This document shows positions 12,900-25,571 of a stretch of 64,000 nucleotides of DNA, piece after piece; within the stretch, counting starts at the first letter, position 1; each line of letters starts with the position of its first letter. The DNA comes from Octopus sinensis (Eukaryota): contig NC_043005.1 in NCBI RefSeq assembly GCF_006345805.1, positions 34,286,001 to 34,350,000 of the forward strand, given 5' to 3'. The notes under the pieces were generated by a model. That model searched no databases, was not told the DNA's origin, and was given only the letters and a program-made list of their open reading frames with translations. The position numbers and the translations under genes are program-made.

Positions 12900-13779
12900 C
12901 TAGCAGCATAGCTCGGCATTGCCCGGGTATGTAAGAAACTTTGTTGATAAGCAATGTCCTTTTACCTTTTTACCCATTTTTGTACTCATTGAACCGTTAT
13001 TTTGTAAAATGAAGCCTAAAGGCATGAAGAAAATCTATGACAGTCAAAGTGCATTTTCTGGTTTTGTTTAGCACACCCAACCCAGTTCTGCGGGATCAGT
13101 GTCGCGACAGGAATGCATGGGTTGGGAGTTTGACAGGCAGAGGTGATAAGGTTGCACATGCCGACCCTTTTGACACCACCCCCTCGAACCCGAATTGGGT
13201 TTGGACCACAGCTAAGCCCTACCTAATTCTAACTTAAGTCTAGCGAAAGGGGGCTCGGGAGCCTCTAGTAGGCAACGACTAATCCCAATTTGGTCCTTTC
13301 CCTCTAGGGAATGAAAGCGTTCTCGCTGTGAATTCCAAAAAAAATTCCTGCCAATTTGTTAAAGATATTGTCGAAAATATGTCATTTTGAATTTGAACGT
13401 GATTTCCCAAAATAGCATGATTTTATCGATTTTTTCTGATGGTAAGGCATTGCATGGAAATCTAACGTCAGAATTAAGTTCCTTAGGGTAACATTAAGCA
13501 TCACCATGAGTTTGGTGAAAATCGATTGCAAGTTGCGAAAACTACAACGGAAAATGTGTTGCATATGATAAGCTTAGATTCTCGACCCCATGTCGAATTT
13601 ATTGATTTTTTTCAGAACTGGCTGCTCTTTTCAAAATTTTTGCTGCGTTAGTTTTGAATTATGACATTGGGCTATGTGTGTGTCAAGTTTCATCAGAATC
13701 AGTTGAAAGTCGTGGTCAGGGTGAGGGTACAACCTGACAGACACATAGACAGACAAACTGCCATTTATATATATAGAGA
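12900..13779 (-). mobile_element. Complete non-autonomous Helitron
   Basis: Minus strand starts A|TCTCTATATATATAAATGGCAGTTTGTCTGTC and ends cccgggcaatgccgag (hairpin)-ctatgctg-CTAG|T; inserted between A and T with no TSD. Confidence 0.85.
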
Positions 13780-13814
13780 TATATACAATATTTTTTGACA
13801 TATTGTTGGTAATT

Positions 13815-14006
13815 TTGATAACAATCACTATTCACTATGGAAAAACAAAGAGAAGTGAACCAGCACTTTCTCATGGTCAGTTGTATGTGGCTTGTTCTCG
13901 AGTGTGTTCATTTCTTGATGTAAAGATGAAAATAAAAGATAACTTGCTAGGAAGAGGCAGTCACAGTTGTATAACAATGTAGTTTTCAAAGACATTATTT
14001 CCTAAA
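13815..14006 (+). pseudogene. Helitron/PIF1-type helicase C-terminal remnant
   Basis: PALSHGQLYVACSRV ... NVVFKDII matches FSHGQLYVAxSRV...NxVxKE. Confidence 0.75.
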
Positions 14007-17000
14007 ACAGCACCTTCAGTACTACCTATGCAGAATTCACACCAGCTCATGAATCAAATGCTTCAGACTGAAAAATAAAAAAAATAGGTATTCTACGAAA
14101 TCTTGAAATTTTCATGATAACTGTGAAGTTCTTCCAGTGCAGATTAGCAAAAGTATTGGAATGGCAGACAAAACGCTATTTATTCTGGTTTGCATTCTAA
14201 GTTTAGTTTCCCTTGTGGCCTACTGTGATAGTTTAACACCATCATCTAGTCTCTGGTATCTTTAGTGGGGTCCACTATGTTGCAAGTATTTGGGCCAGGT
14301 TTGGGGTTTGTGGATATATTCTTCCCTACTTACATTACTCTCAGAGGTCCTGGAAAGCGTTATGGACACTACCCTTCCCTTTGACTAAGTGATTAAAAAA
14401 TGATTGCTGTTTTAGACTAAGAAATTGATTTCATTTACTCATATCTGTTTACTTATTCCACAATAAATGTTTTCAGTTAAAACAAATGAAAACATTAATG
14501 TTGTGTATATTTATAGAAACCATTATTTCTGTGGTAGCTACAAACATCATAAAATGATAAACTGCATTACTTAAGTGCATTATGTTATTTCCCATATAAG
14601 CTTAAGATAAAGCAAAAAACAACCAAACAAAAAACTTATGAAGTGCGTTACTTAAAACAACATATTAAGTAGTTGTCTCTTGGTCAATGTTGTTACACAG
14701 ACACTATATTGAATATGTAGAAATATATTTGTTGTATGTAAGATAAGAACCTGTATTTAGTGGAATTGCTTAGATCACAATGAATATGGAAACTTCAAAT
14801 TCATCCAAAAGACAGTTTAATTAAAGAATTGTAGGTTAGAGTGTTCACTAAATTATACAAAAGGGGAAAAAATGAAAGAATATATACAATGTTGTTCCTT
14901 GAAGACATTTCATTTTTACCTCTGTTGTGAAAAACAGCTACAAAAGAAATTCCCTTTATGTGTATTACCTTAGATTTATATAAAAAATCATGTCTCTTCC
15001 ATAATCCTTATTCAGTGATATGTGAGTGTGTGTGTTTAAATTGGTGTTCTCATATTTTTAAAGAAATATTTGACAGGCAACTTAGTTAATAGTTATTAAG
15101 TTTCAGTAACTGTGTAGAAATGCAAAAATATAGCAGTTGACCCATTCTTTGAAACCTACAGATTTATAATGTTGTTTGCAATCGCAATCATCTTATAATT
15201 TCTTTTTTCCACGACTTTAGGGATAAATGTTTTATTAGAGTTGAATGATTTTTAACGATTAGAATTGAAATGTTAAGCTTAGAGGAATTAATTTTTATTT
15301 TAAATTTTGTAGCTGTAATTAGAAAATTGATGGAAATGCTTTGCTTCAAATTTTGAAGTAGGGTTCTTACATTGTTTAGGAATTACATAGAGAGAGAGAA
15401 AGAGAGAGTAGCTGGCAGTAAAAAAGGTTTTGTGTGTGTGTTTCATGATGATTCTATTGGATTTAGGAATGAATTGTAAAGGTTATAAAGAGTTGAAAAA
15501 TAATGCTAAGTAGGCTTGTGGTTGTCTGCTTTTTTCCTTTTCTCTCCATGAAAAATATTCAAATGTATTAACCTAAGAATCGGTTTTAAACAGAGATGCA
15601 TCTACAACTTCCACTAGCTCAATATATGAGCACTATTTCTAGGTCTAAGCTGGAACTTCTGAAATTCATAAAAGTACTTGAGTGCTAAGGAGGTAATTTG
15701 ATTATCATTTAAATGATCTTGGTAAAATTTTGTTCCAACCTAAGCCATCTTGAGGAAGAAAAGAAAGAAAAAAAGTTTTTTAAGTGAAAATATAAACACC
15801 TGCAAATAAAACATAAATTGTTCCCCTGCTGGATATCTGTGTTGGCTTTGATTTTCAAATAACTAAAACCTAATGTTTTACTTATTAACAAAATAGAATG
15901 TTATAGCATTTTATATTTTAACTGGAACATATCAATAAGATACCTGGAGAATATTAATAAGAAGTGGGTAGTTAATTATAAATTAAATCTTAAAACTCTT
16001 ATAAAGTTGTCACCATCATCGTTTTATTTATCATTCATTTTGCCATAAAAGAACCACATTGTGGAATATCACCACTGCACTCAGTTCTATGTAATTTGTA
16101 ACATTCAACATTCTGAGGACCATTATTACAACTTTTTACATATCTTACTATACTTTTTTTTATTGTTCTTCTCTTCTTCCATCAGTTAATACCTTTTTAT
16201 GTCCAGCCACTCTCTTAGGATGTCAGCATAAATGAAAGTTGGGTGAGCAAAGTGCAACATGTCTCATTCAACTTCAGTCTAGTCTCTGCAGATCCTCAGC
16301 CTTGAATATTTTTTTTTAAATGATTCATAGTCTATCGTAAATTTGTCTCCAGTAAAATCATATTTTGTCAGTTATGGTAAAAGATTAAAATAAGTTTTGT
16401 AATCCAATGAAAATGTTTTATTCTGGTAGTCTATCTTAGATTTAATGAAGCAAATCATTACAGTGACAGCTTCATAGTGTTTCTAATTATACTTGTGACA
16501 CTTGTTGCTCATATATTATGTTTTCCTCACAGAAATGAGGAAGATTTGTGTGTGTTTGTGTGTGAGATGTAAAAATGATATCAAACCAACCAAGTGAAGT
16601 AACAAAAATAGTGTATTTGGCACTAATTGTATGCTTTACCCTTGTAATGCTTACCCAGAAAAAAAAAGATTCTGTTCTAAATGTTGAACAAAACATAGTA
16701 AAATTTACTGAAGTACAAAATGATGCAACATAGAAACAACAAATTCAGTAAAATTCATTACTATAATTATACTTTAACATCTTCATTGATTATTAATTAT
16801 AATGTCATATGAAAGGAGGTCTCAGATATTTACTTTGCAAATATTTAATGATGAAATGAACTGGACAATTTGTTTATCAGAGTTGAACTTGAGCATTTTT
16901 AAATAAATGTGATAACTTAGTTTTATATTTTTCTTTGCTGTTCTTCTTCATGACATATATTTGTGATGTCTACAGATACAGGGGTTTGGGGTGTTGTATG

Positions 17001-17179
17001 TTGTCTACATCACCTATAATGGATGTCACCTATCTTTTTATAATCATTGGGTACCTATATTACTTATATTTCTTTTTCTTAGTAATTGGACTCAGTATAA
17101 CAAATTTATATCAAATACCTAATAATTTTCTATCTCTTTTTTTATTACACAAATACAAACTGTTACAACAAGTTGGCCT

Positions 17180-17566
17180 CACGTAAAAAACACCATTCGA
17201 GCGTGATCATTACCAGCATTGCCTTACTGGCACTTGTGCTGGTGGCACGTGAAAAAAATATTCGAGCGAGGTCATTGCCAGTGCCACTGGACTGGCTCCT
17301 TTGCAGGTGGCACATAAAAAGTACCATTTGAGCATGGCCATTGCTAGTACCGCCTGACTGGCCCTCGTGCCGGTGGCACGTAAAAGTACCCACTACACTC
17401 TTGGAGTGGTTGGTGTTAGGAAGGGCATCTAGCTATAGAAACTCTGCCAGATTAGATTGGAGTCTGGTGCAGCCATCTGGTTCACCAGACCTCAATCAAA
17501 TCGTCCAACCCATGCTAGCATGGAAGGCGGATGTTAAACGATGTTGATGATGATGATGATGATGAT
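17180..17566 (+). mobile_element. RTE LINE 3' UTR/tail copy
   Basis: Shared 3' module, tandem subrepeats, (GAT)n tail. Confidence 0.8.
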
Positions 17567-17567
17567 T

Positions 17568-17716
17568 TATGTTCAGAGTTCAAATTCTGTTATGGTTAAC
17601 CTTGCCTTTCATTCTTTTGAGGTTGATATAATAATCACCAGTTGAACACTGGGGTTAATGTAATCAACCACCTCCTACCCCAAAATTGCTGGTCTTGTGC
17701 CAAAATTTGAAACCAA
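17568..17716 (+). mobile_element. tRNA-derived SINE family 1, 5'-truncated
   Basis: gagttcaaattc...ccaaaatttgaaaccaata, as in other copies. Confidence 0.75.
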
Positions 17717-17800
17717 TATACATACATAATATATATTTTTTTCTTTTCTTTATTTTCAGTTATGTGGAAATATTTTTGATTACTAGCAATAATAGCAACC

Positions 17801-17923
17801 ATGTCTCTAACTGACAGTGTTGAAGACAAACTTTCTGATCAGAAGGCATCTCCTGCTAGGAGTAGAGAAAGGTTATCCACCCCAGAGAAACGTCTGCATT
17901 TCAGACATAGTGAATCTGAAACG
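17801..17923 (+). CDS. First coding exon of an unidentified host gene (exon 17760-17923): MSLTDSVEDKLSDQKASPARSRERLSTPEKRLHFRHSESET
   Basis: Polypyrimidine tract and ttttcag acceptor (17759), ATG at 17801 in gcaaccATG context, 41 open codons, phase-0 donor acg|gtaagc. Confidence 0.75.
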
Positions 17924-18392
17924 GTAAGCATATTTATTACTTAACAATTAAATTTATGAAAGAAAATGACTTTAATGCTTGTTAAAAGTTCTAAATTAAG
18001 CGGAAATAACTGAAGATGGCTAATGGTATGAATTTAGATAAATCCGTTAAGGAGTAATGTACTGAAACACTGCCTGTTTGTTGAATAAAGAAAATGAAAC
18101 TTATAAGTAGTTGTTTTAATTAGAAATTCAGAATAAATTTCTCAAAAATATTAATTTACATACTTAGGAAAATATCTGATATTCATTTTCAGGTAAGGAA
18201 CATGTTTAAGTCTTATTGGACCTCATCAGTAAAGAATAGTTAAACTTGAGTCTGCTTTTAATAATTTGTATGATCAGAAAATGTGAGCCAAGGGAAATAA
18301 CTTAATGAATGATGTAGGTAAAATAACATTTTGGTATGTCATTTCAGTACATCACACCTATGTTAGGTAGCCTTTCAGAGTGTACCAATCTG

Positions 18393-18397
<5 letters not shown>

Positions 18398-18430
<33 letters not shown>

Positions 18431-18620
18431 TCTCGCTATCTTGTGCATGTCTTATGTATCTGAGTGTGTTTCTGAGTATTACCTATCAGTTTGTATGTAA
18501 CTGATTATCCAACCCAACCCAACCAACCAACCAACCAACAACCAACCAACCAACCAACAACCAACCAACCAACCAGCCAGCCAGCCAACCAACCAGCCAG
18601 CCAGCCAGCCATCCATCAAT
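18398..18620. repeat. (TG)n and (CCAA)n/(CCAG)n microsatellites
   Basis: Visible runs. Confidence 0.9.
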
Positions 18621-19173
18621 CTGTCTAATTGTTAATGTGTTTGTCTTCTTCTATGAAATTCTCCCTCTGTATCTATATGCTGATGTCTGACTTTCTGTGT
18701 GTTAATCTCTAAGTTTGTTCTGCTGTCTGTCTGTATGACTACTACTTTGACTTACTTAGTATGTGAGTGACAGAGAGGGGGTGAATTAGATCATGTTTAA
18801 ACTGTTGGATTAATATTAATCCAAAGACTTTTAGTTCAATTTCTGCTCGAGGTATTTTTTTAGCAAAGGCAAATAATGATTTTGGTCAACCTTATTTAAC
18901 AACTGCATCTGTCTGTTCTTGACAGTTGCATGAAAGAAGGGTGTACTGCTATTTAACAATGAAGATACATATTTCAAACCATTTAAATTAAATAAACACA
19001 CATAAAAAATATACTCTAAGCTGTGTGCATGTGTTATTGTTTCATTATGTCTCTATGTTAAGGAATTATGAAAATATATTATTTATAACTAAATTTTATC
19101 AACCAGCTTCACAGCCTGATCGAGACGAATGACATGATGCTGTATCTATTTCTATTTGTTAAATTTCTTTCTC

Positions 19174-19219
<46 letters not shown>

Positions 19220-19365
19220 GATCATGTAAACACAACAGAGTATATAATTGATAGTTTCACATAAGTCCCCTTAAACCTATGGTCATCATGTGTGCCTGCT
19301 TGGATCTGAAATGTCACCACTATGTATTTAAAGAAATTAATATATAATTATTGTATGTATGTATA

Positions 19366-19485
19366 TATCATCATCATCATCACCGTCCGTTCTCCATGCT
19401 AGCATGGGTTGGACGGTTCGACCGGAGATCTGGGAAGCCAGAAGGCTGCACCAGGCTCCAGTCTGATCTGGCAGTGTTTCTACAC
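19366..19485 (-). mobile_element. Short RTE 3' tail copy
   Basis: (ATC)n followed by tccatgctagcatgggttggacgg. Confidence 0.7.
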
Positions 19486-20029
19486 ACACTGTAGAGGCTA
19501 TAATTTTGTTTTTATTGTAACTGAAATTGGGTTTCTCTCATGATTTGAGTTTCACTATTGTGATCACTGTTTTTACGTAAAGATTGCAGTAGTGTGAAAC
19601 TTGTGAGACAAACTTGCAGTTTCAATAAAAGCAAATACAAACACACACACATTTCACACACATATTTATGTATATCCAAACATGCAAAAACATTCCTCTC
19701 TTGAGAAATTATTTTGTTTTGTTTTTTTATATTGTTTGAATTTGACTGGTGAGATTTGTAGAAATATGCTTGTAGCAATGGAAATTGTAATACCTCCACT
19801 TTAACCTATGAACTGTAAGAAATAAGAAATAGCCGAAATACTGAGAGTAGTACAGAGGAGCAGGCATAGATGTGTCATTAAGAAAACCACTTTGGAATCA
19901 TTTGGTTCTGGGTTCATTCATGTCAAGTGGACACTATCAGTCAGTATCTTTTACTATAGTTACATGTTGCCCAATGCTTTGTGAGTAAAATTTGGTACAC
20001 AGAAACTCTAAGAAGCCCATTGTGTGTAC

Positions 20030-20270
20030 ATGCACACATGCACACATATGTGTTTCTGTCTCCTTGTCTTGACATGTGCACACTAAGTGTAAATAAAGTA
20101 ACCCTCATACAAATGTTGCTTGTTAACAAATCTCTATAAAAATATGTCTGTTCAATGAGCTGTTCGTCTTTCAAAAGTGTACAGGAAACATTTCCTTACT
20201 TGGAAACATGTCAGCTATAGAAATATCTGCCTTTGTCTAACCCATATAAGTATAGAAAACTGGCAGTTAA
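20030..20270 (-). mobile_element. Degenerate CORE-type SINE body
   Basis: cagaaactctaagaagcccattgtgtgt similar to 53660-53700 and 45900-45930. Confidence 0.5.
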
Positions 20271-21639
20271 AACAATGATGAGGACCATGATGATAACAAT
20301 GATGATAATGATGATGATGATGCAGGTGTGGACGGTAATAGTAGATTACAAAATTAAACATTAGAGTATTTAGGGGGTTCCCCCTTTATCCAAAGTTGGA
20401 AGCTTGCTATGATTAATAAAATGTAAGCCAAGCATGTATTGGGTATTAATTTAATTTATTTTTATCCTTTCCTGACAAATCTGTAGCCTTAAACCAATAT
20501 AAGAAATTATTCTTGTGAAACACAAAAGGTGACCAAAACCATAGATTCCATAATTAGATGTCTTGTAACATGTATTTCTGTACCTTTGTTTCCTTAGTTC
20601 AAATTCTACCAAGGTCAACTTCAACTTTCAATCATCTTCTTGCTGTCAATGCAATCATATGTCTCCTAAAAATTTGTGTTCTTGTCCCAATCTAAGAAGC
20701 CATAATTATAAATTTGGTGCAATGGGACATGGTCTAACTTCCCTATTTTTAGTTTTGTTTCTATATACATTCAGTGAAAATTCTCCTGAGGTCATTTTTG
20801 CCTTTCATCTTACTAGGATACCTCTATAAATTTATAGCCTAATACCAAACAAAATTGGTAGAGTACTCATCAAAATGCCTTGTGATATTTACTTATATTG
20901 CTGTAAGTTGCGAGTTCAAATCTCAGTCAGATAAAACTTTGTTTTCTTTGTCTTTGGTTTTAAAGTCAAACTGTGGGATTTGATTATATTGGTTGGCTAT
21001 GTTCCTCTCACTAAATTTGTAGCTTTGTATTGAAGTTAATCATCTAATGACAGTGAACTTCAGAAATAGCAGCTGAATTCCTTTTAAATTCTGAGTTCAA
21101 ATCTAGCTTGTGTCAACTTTGTTAGTGATTTACATGTGGTCAATAAATTAAGTACTAGTTAAGTACTAGGTCAATATAATTGATTGTATTCTCTTTGAAA
21201 ATATGTGGCTTTGTTTCTGTGTTAGAAGTAAATTTTTATGATAACTTGTAAATCCATCTACTTTTTATCTGTAGTGTAGTTAAGATTTTGGTCACATGTT
21301 GGAGTCAGTGAGTAAGCTAGTTTCATTATTTCTTACAAGAACTAGTCTCTATCAAAGAGGAAGTAATTGTATTCATGTGACTTTTTTTTATTCATTCAAC
21401 AGAACAAGCATTGGCATCTAAGAGATATTGACTCTTGAGGCCAGATTTTTCAATAGCTTTAATTTGAGCCAAATGCTTAATTTCTGGAAAGTTTATTATA
21501 TTTTAACTCTGCTACCAATTTATAGAACACAAACCAACATTTCTCTTTTTTGTTTTTGTCTTTTTTTTTCTGAAACATCAGACAACTTGAGGCAATATAT
21601 CAAATATGCCAGTTATTGTACAGTTACACTGAGCAGACC

Positions 21640-22400
21640 CATAATATGCAGGAAGTCAACCCAATGATTAGGTGTGTCACATAGATCTAGTCTTTTACAT
21701 ATACCTCTCATCCACTTAATCAAGGAACATGCTGCACATTCCAACATGCAGTGGTTAACTAATTGCATGGGGTGTAGGGTTGCAGTCCAAACCAGTTATT
21801 GTTGTTGAGTTCCAGGATCAGTACTGGATTTGAAAGAAAAGAGGTCCTACACTATTCCATTTGTAAGTTTTTTCCTAATTCCCCTTGTTCAAGACTAGAA
21901 CTATATATATACCTTGATTGGAGGCACTTGAGATTTCGAGGTTCTAGGCTTCAGCTTGCTCTGCCTATTGGTAAATCCATCACTACCCAGGTCAGCACTG
22001 ATCCTGCAAACCTGTGTGATTAAAGGCAGTCCAGTAGTGACCATCTTGTCTGTTCTTTTTCAGATATAGTGCCTTTATCAAACATGTCCTTGTTTTTTAT
22101 ATTTCTTGCACGTAAAGTGAAGGGCTCTCTCATAACTATATCTTGTTCCCCAATGATTGCTTCTTTGTTCCTTGCATTTAATAAAACTTTTAGCATAGAT
22201 GCTTTATTCAGATTCTCTTTCATAAGATGTGTAGATACATTCAGTTCATTATTAACTTGAATACTATAATGACAACAATCTTTCCATCTGACAGCCTTGT
22301 ATATGATTGTTCTACTGTCTTGTAATATGTATCTACTGGTGTTCCTGGACTGCAACTGATGATATATAATAAACTGCCTCTGTTTCCACTTATAATGTAT
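21640..22400 (-). mobile_element. Decayed CR1-like LINE 3' ORF2 fragment
   Basis: Minus-strand LEPRNLKCLQSRYI ... CKRLDLCDTP loosely fits the CR1 C-terminal LxLYSLQRRRERY...FKxxLD..VPDxP pattern. Confidence 0.4.
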
Positions 22401-22447
22401 ATAGTTGTTTGATAATCTTATGTATATTGTTGTTTGATTAATCTGGC

Positions 22448-22485
<38 letters not shown>

Positions 22486-23593
22486 ATGTTTAGAAATGCG
22501 AAGATTTGTAGCAGTGATTCATTCAGAAAAGTCTCATTTATTCTTTGTATATATGTTAGTCTCACCATCTAACTTAGAGGTTAAATACTTAGGCATCTTG
22601 TGTTAATATGTGAGGATCTCATTTCAAGAAGTTTGCTTAAGTCGATCTACAAAATGTCATCTTTCTGTGAGTACTTATTTAAAGCCTTTTGTTTCCATAT
22701 TGCTATTGCTTAGGAGGAATTTAATAAAACAACTTTGTCGTTATTAAGCTGATGTTTAAGACAAAATTTTGATGGAAGATTTGAATTTAGATCACTCTAA
22801 AGCAGGAAATTTGTATCAAGACTTCAGAGTAGTCTCAGGTGGTTTGTTATCAAAAGAGTTAATGAATTTAATGTTAATTAGGATGGATTTAATAGCTTCA
22901 TTTATGAATAAGAGTAGGGTCATTTTGTGTTTAACTTAGGACTGAATGCTTTTGTGTTCTGTTTTACTAATTTCAACATGAAATGACTATTTTCAGTCTG
23001 AGGTTTATAAAAAAAATGTGTTGCCATATTTAAAGGTTTGTAGTAAGAGTTGAGTTTTAGAGTTGTTCTGCTTTGAATAAAGACTTCTTCATCTGCAAAG
23101 TTTTTCTGTGGTTATTTATGATATATAACACAGGATACATAAACATGATAAGAAAATCTTAAAAGTACAGTTACTTGTCAAGAGATATAGTTTTGAGTCA
23201 AAACTTATTTTAATTAGCATATCACTTCTCAAAGAAGTAGATAACGACTGGCCATGTCTTATCTTGAATTTCTATGATGATAATTGTTATAAATGTAAGA
23301 TGATCTCTTTTATGTCCTCACTTTGTTGATTTTGAAGAGAAGGGCAATATAGTGGCACTTCTTGTTGAGACCCTCAAGAAAATTGATTGTGAAGTGACAG
23401 CTCAGTATTGATGTCATTTTTTGACAAAATATAAATGTTGTTGGTACTGTACTAGTAGCTCTTGTAAAGCTCATGTCACATGAGGGAAATGGGCAAACAA
23501 CATTTCTAGCATAACATTTTGAAATGATACTAGTTGAGGCTAAGATGTACAAGTTATTTAACCAGGACAAAGAGAAATGTATTACTAAACTTT

Positions 23594-25236
23594 ATTTCAT
23601 AGAATTGACTATAAAAGCCGTACATAGAAGTAGCTGCGGGCTTGACAACACGCAAGATGAAATGAATGCAAAATAATTTATGAAATTGGTGAGGGAAGAC
23701 AGATGGCGCCCACTGATTGCTGCTTCCCGAAAACATTGTTCTTTTTACAACAACCAAATTGAGGTTATAAAGCTCTTAGTTTTATTCCTTTTGGATGCAA
23801 GGTCCTTAAAAATGAGGTACTAAGCCTCTTACATTTTTCATAAATGGGCCATATGCCCCCACAATATGAGGCACTAAAAGCCTCTTAACTTTTTCTGTTA
23901 TTTTCCAGTCTGCTGGTACCCAACCAGGCTCAATGAATCACTCAAGCACCTCGATGGTGCTAGATCGAGGTGCTTCAGCAGGAAGCAAAAATGTGTCTTC
24001 GGGGAAGGAGTTCATCACCTTACACAAATCAGTTTCCCACACGACCTCTGCAGCTACCTGCGAAGGCCAATTAGGGTCCTTAGTGCAGGTTAGAACCCCT
24101 CCCCACCGACCTTCTTTAGCAAACTTTTTAATAAAATCCTGAACTGTCTCTCCCTTGTGGAATAAGACTAAAAATGGCCTGGTTCCAGGTCCAGGTAACA
24201 CTTGTTGGGGGCGTCCCTCAAGTATCACCAGATACCTGTTACCAGCCTTAGTCAAAAAATCTGGGAAAACTAGATTTCTTGCAGCTGATTGGGTCCACAT
24301 GGTCAAAGCAGCTTTTGACCCAACCCAATCAGCTGAGGGCAACATTTTCACATTTAGCAGCTTGGATCTGCTGCCACTCAGACCCCAGTGGATAGTATCT
24401 TCTATCCACTCGGATTCCATTCCAGGTGGCAACCCACAGATCCAAGCTCTTGTCAACTTCTTCCACAATATTTCCTGCCCCTACAAGGGCTGGCTCACAA
24501 ACCTGCAAGCCTCCTCAGGGGTGTCAAACAACATCCACACCATTGCATATTTGGCACACCTGGAAATAAATCTTATGGTTGGTAGATACTCTACCAACTC
24601 TTTTTCAATTTCTATTTTTTTGAAAACGGCGATGGTGTCGAATGACTTTGAGTATGTCCTCAACACCACTATCCTCTCCTCAAAGTCTTTCACCAACTCT
24701 TTTGGTGGGACAATCTCCCACTCCAAAACAGTGTCAATTTTCTTTCCATGTTTAGAAGAAAAGTTTTTAATAATGTTCAAAAAGTACAAAAAAGACAAAA
24801 AAGAAAAGAAGGAAGAAGGAAAGAAGACAGTTCAAAAACACAGCAAACGTGATTCCGGCCAACTGGTACTTCACTTGTAATCCAGGAGTACAACAACAGG
24901 AACACAGCTCCACAAATTTCACCAAAAGTTGGTGAAAAAATTTCACAAATTTTTTTGGAGGCAGGATATGCCCCCAAATCAACACACTTATCATATCTAA
25001 GTGAGACACTTAACACAACTACAGGCAGACAAATGCCTGGAATCCAGTAGGGATTTCTTGTTTGAAAAAATAAACAACAAGCAACAAACCTCCACTGAAT
25101 CCCAAAAAACAAATGCCTTACCTTATAGTTGCGCTTCAACAATTCATGATGCTGCACACCAATGTCGTGACACCATTTAGTGAAAGAAAAACACTGACAC
25201 GCGCATGCGAAGTAAGCGAGCTACTTACCACACCTT
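23594..25236 (-). mobile_element. ORF1-only L1/Tx1-type non-LTR element (HAL1-like), 1643 bp
   Basis: Direct repeat CTAAACTTT at 23585-23593 and 25237-25245; CpG-containing 5' end; a single ORF1-like frame; no ORF2; no TIRs or LTRs. Confidence 0.7.
23806..24798 (-). pseudogene. Tx1/L1-type ORF1 (nucleic-acid-binding protein) pseudogene, ~330 codons
   Basis: One frame with stops at 24481-24483 and 23938-23940; TRAWICGLPP..., RYLVILEGRP then (frameshifted) KCYLDLEPGHF, a degenerate zinc knuckle. Confidence 0.7.
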
Positions 25237-25364
25237 CTAAACTTTGATACCAGGTAGGTGTGGTTCCTTTATCAAACTGTTATGTGTACAGACGATGTGG
25301 AATAATCAGAATGATTTCATAATAGCAGGACTCAAAACATTTGTTAATTTTACATATGTGGTGG

Positions 25365-25571
25365 AGGTGGCAGAATTGTTAGTTGTGCCAGGTGAAATAC
25401 TTAGTGGCATTTTGCCTGTCTTTATATTCTGAGTTCAAATTTCATTGAGGTTGACTATGCCTTTCATCCTTTTGGGATTGATAAAATAAGTACCAGTTGA
25501 GCCCTAGGGTCAATGTGAACAACTTACCCCTCCCCTGAACTTGCTGCTTTTATGCCAAAATTTGAAACCAA
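25365..25571 (+). mobile_element. tRNA-derived SINE family 1
   Basis: tggcagaattgttag...gagttcaaat...aaatttgaaaccaat. Confidence 0.8.

Noticed and set aside
23815-23845. MKNVRGL, resembling the start of an APE endonuclease
   Set aside because: Lies in a local duplication (aagaggctt..tagt.cctcat twice), ends at a stop five codons later, and no other endonuclease motif follows
23933-24880. Plus-strand ORFs of 69 and 241 aa
   Set aside because: Antisense shadows of the minus-strand ORF1 pseudogene
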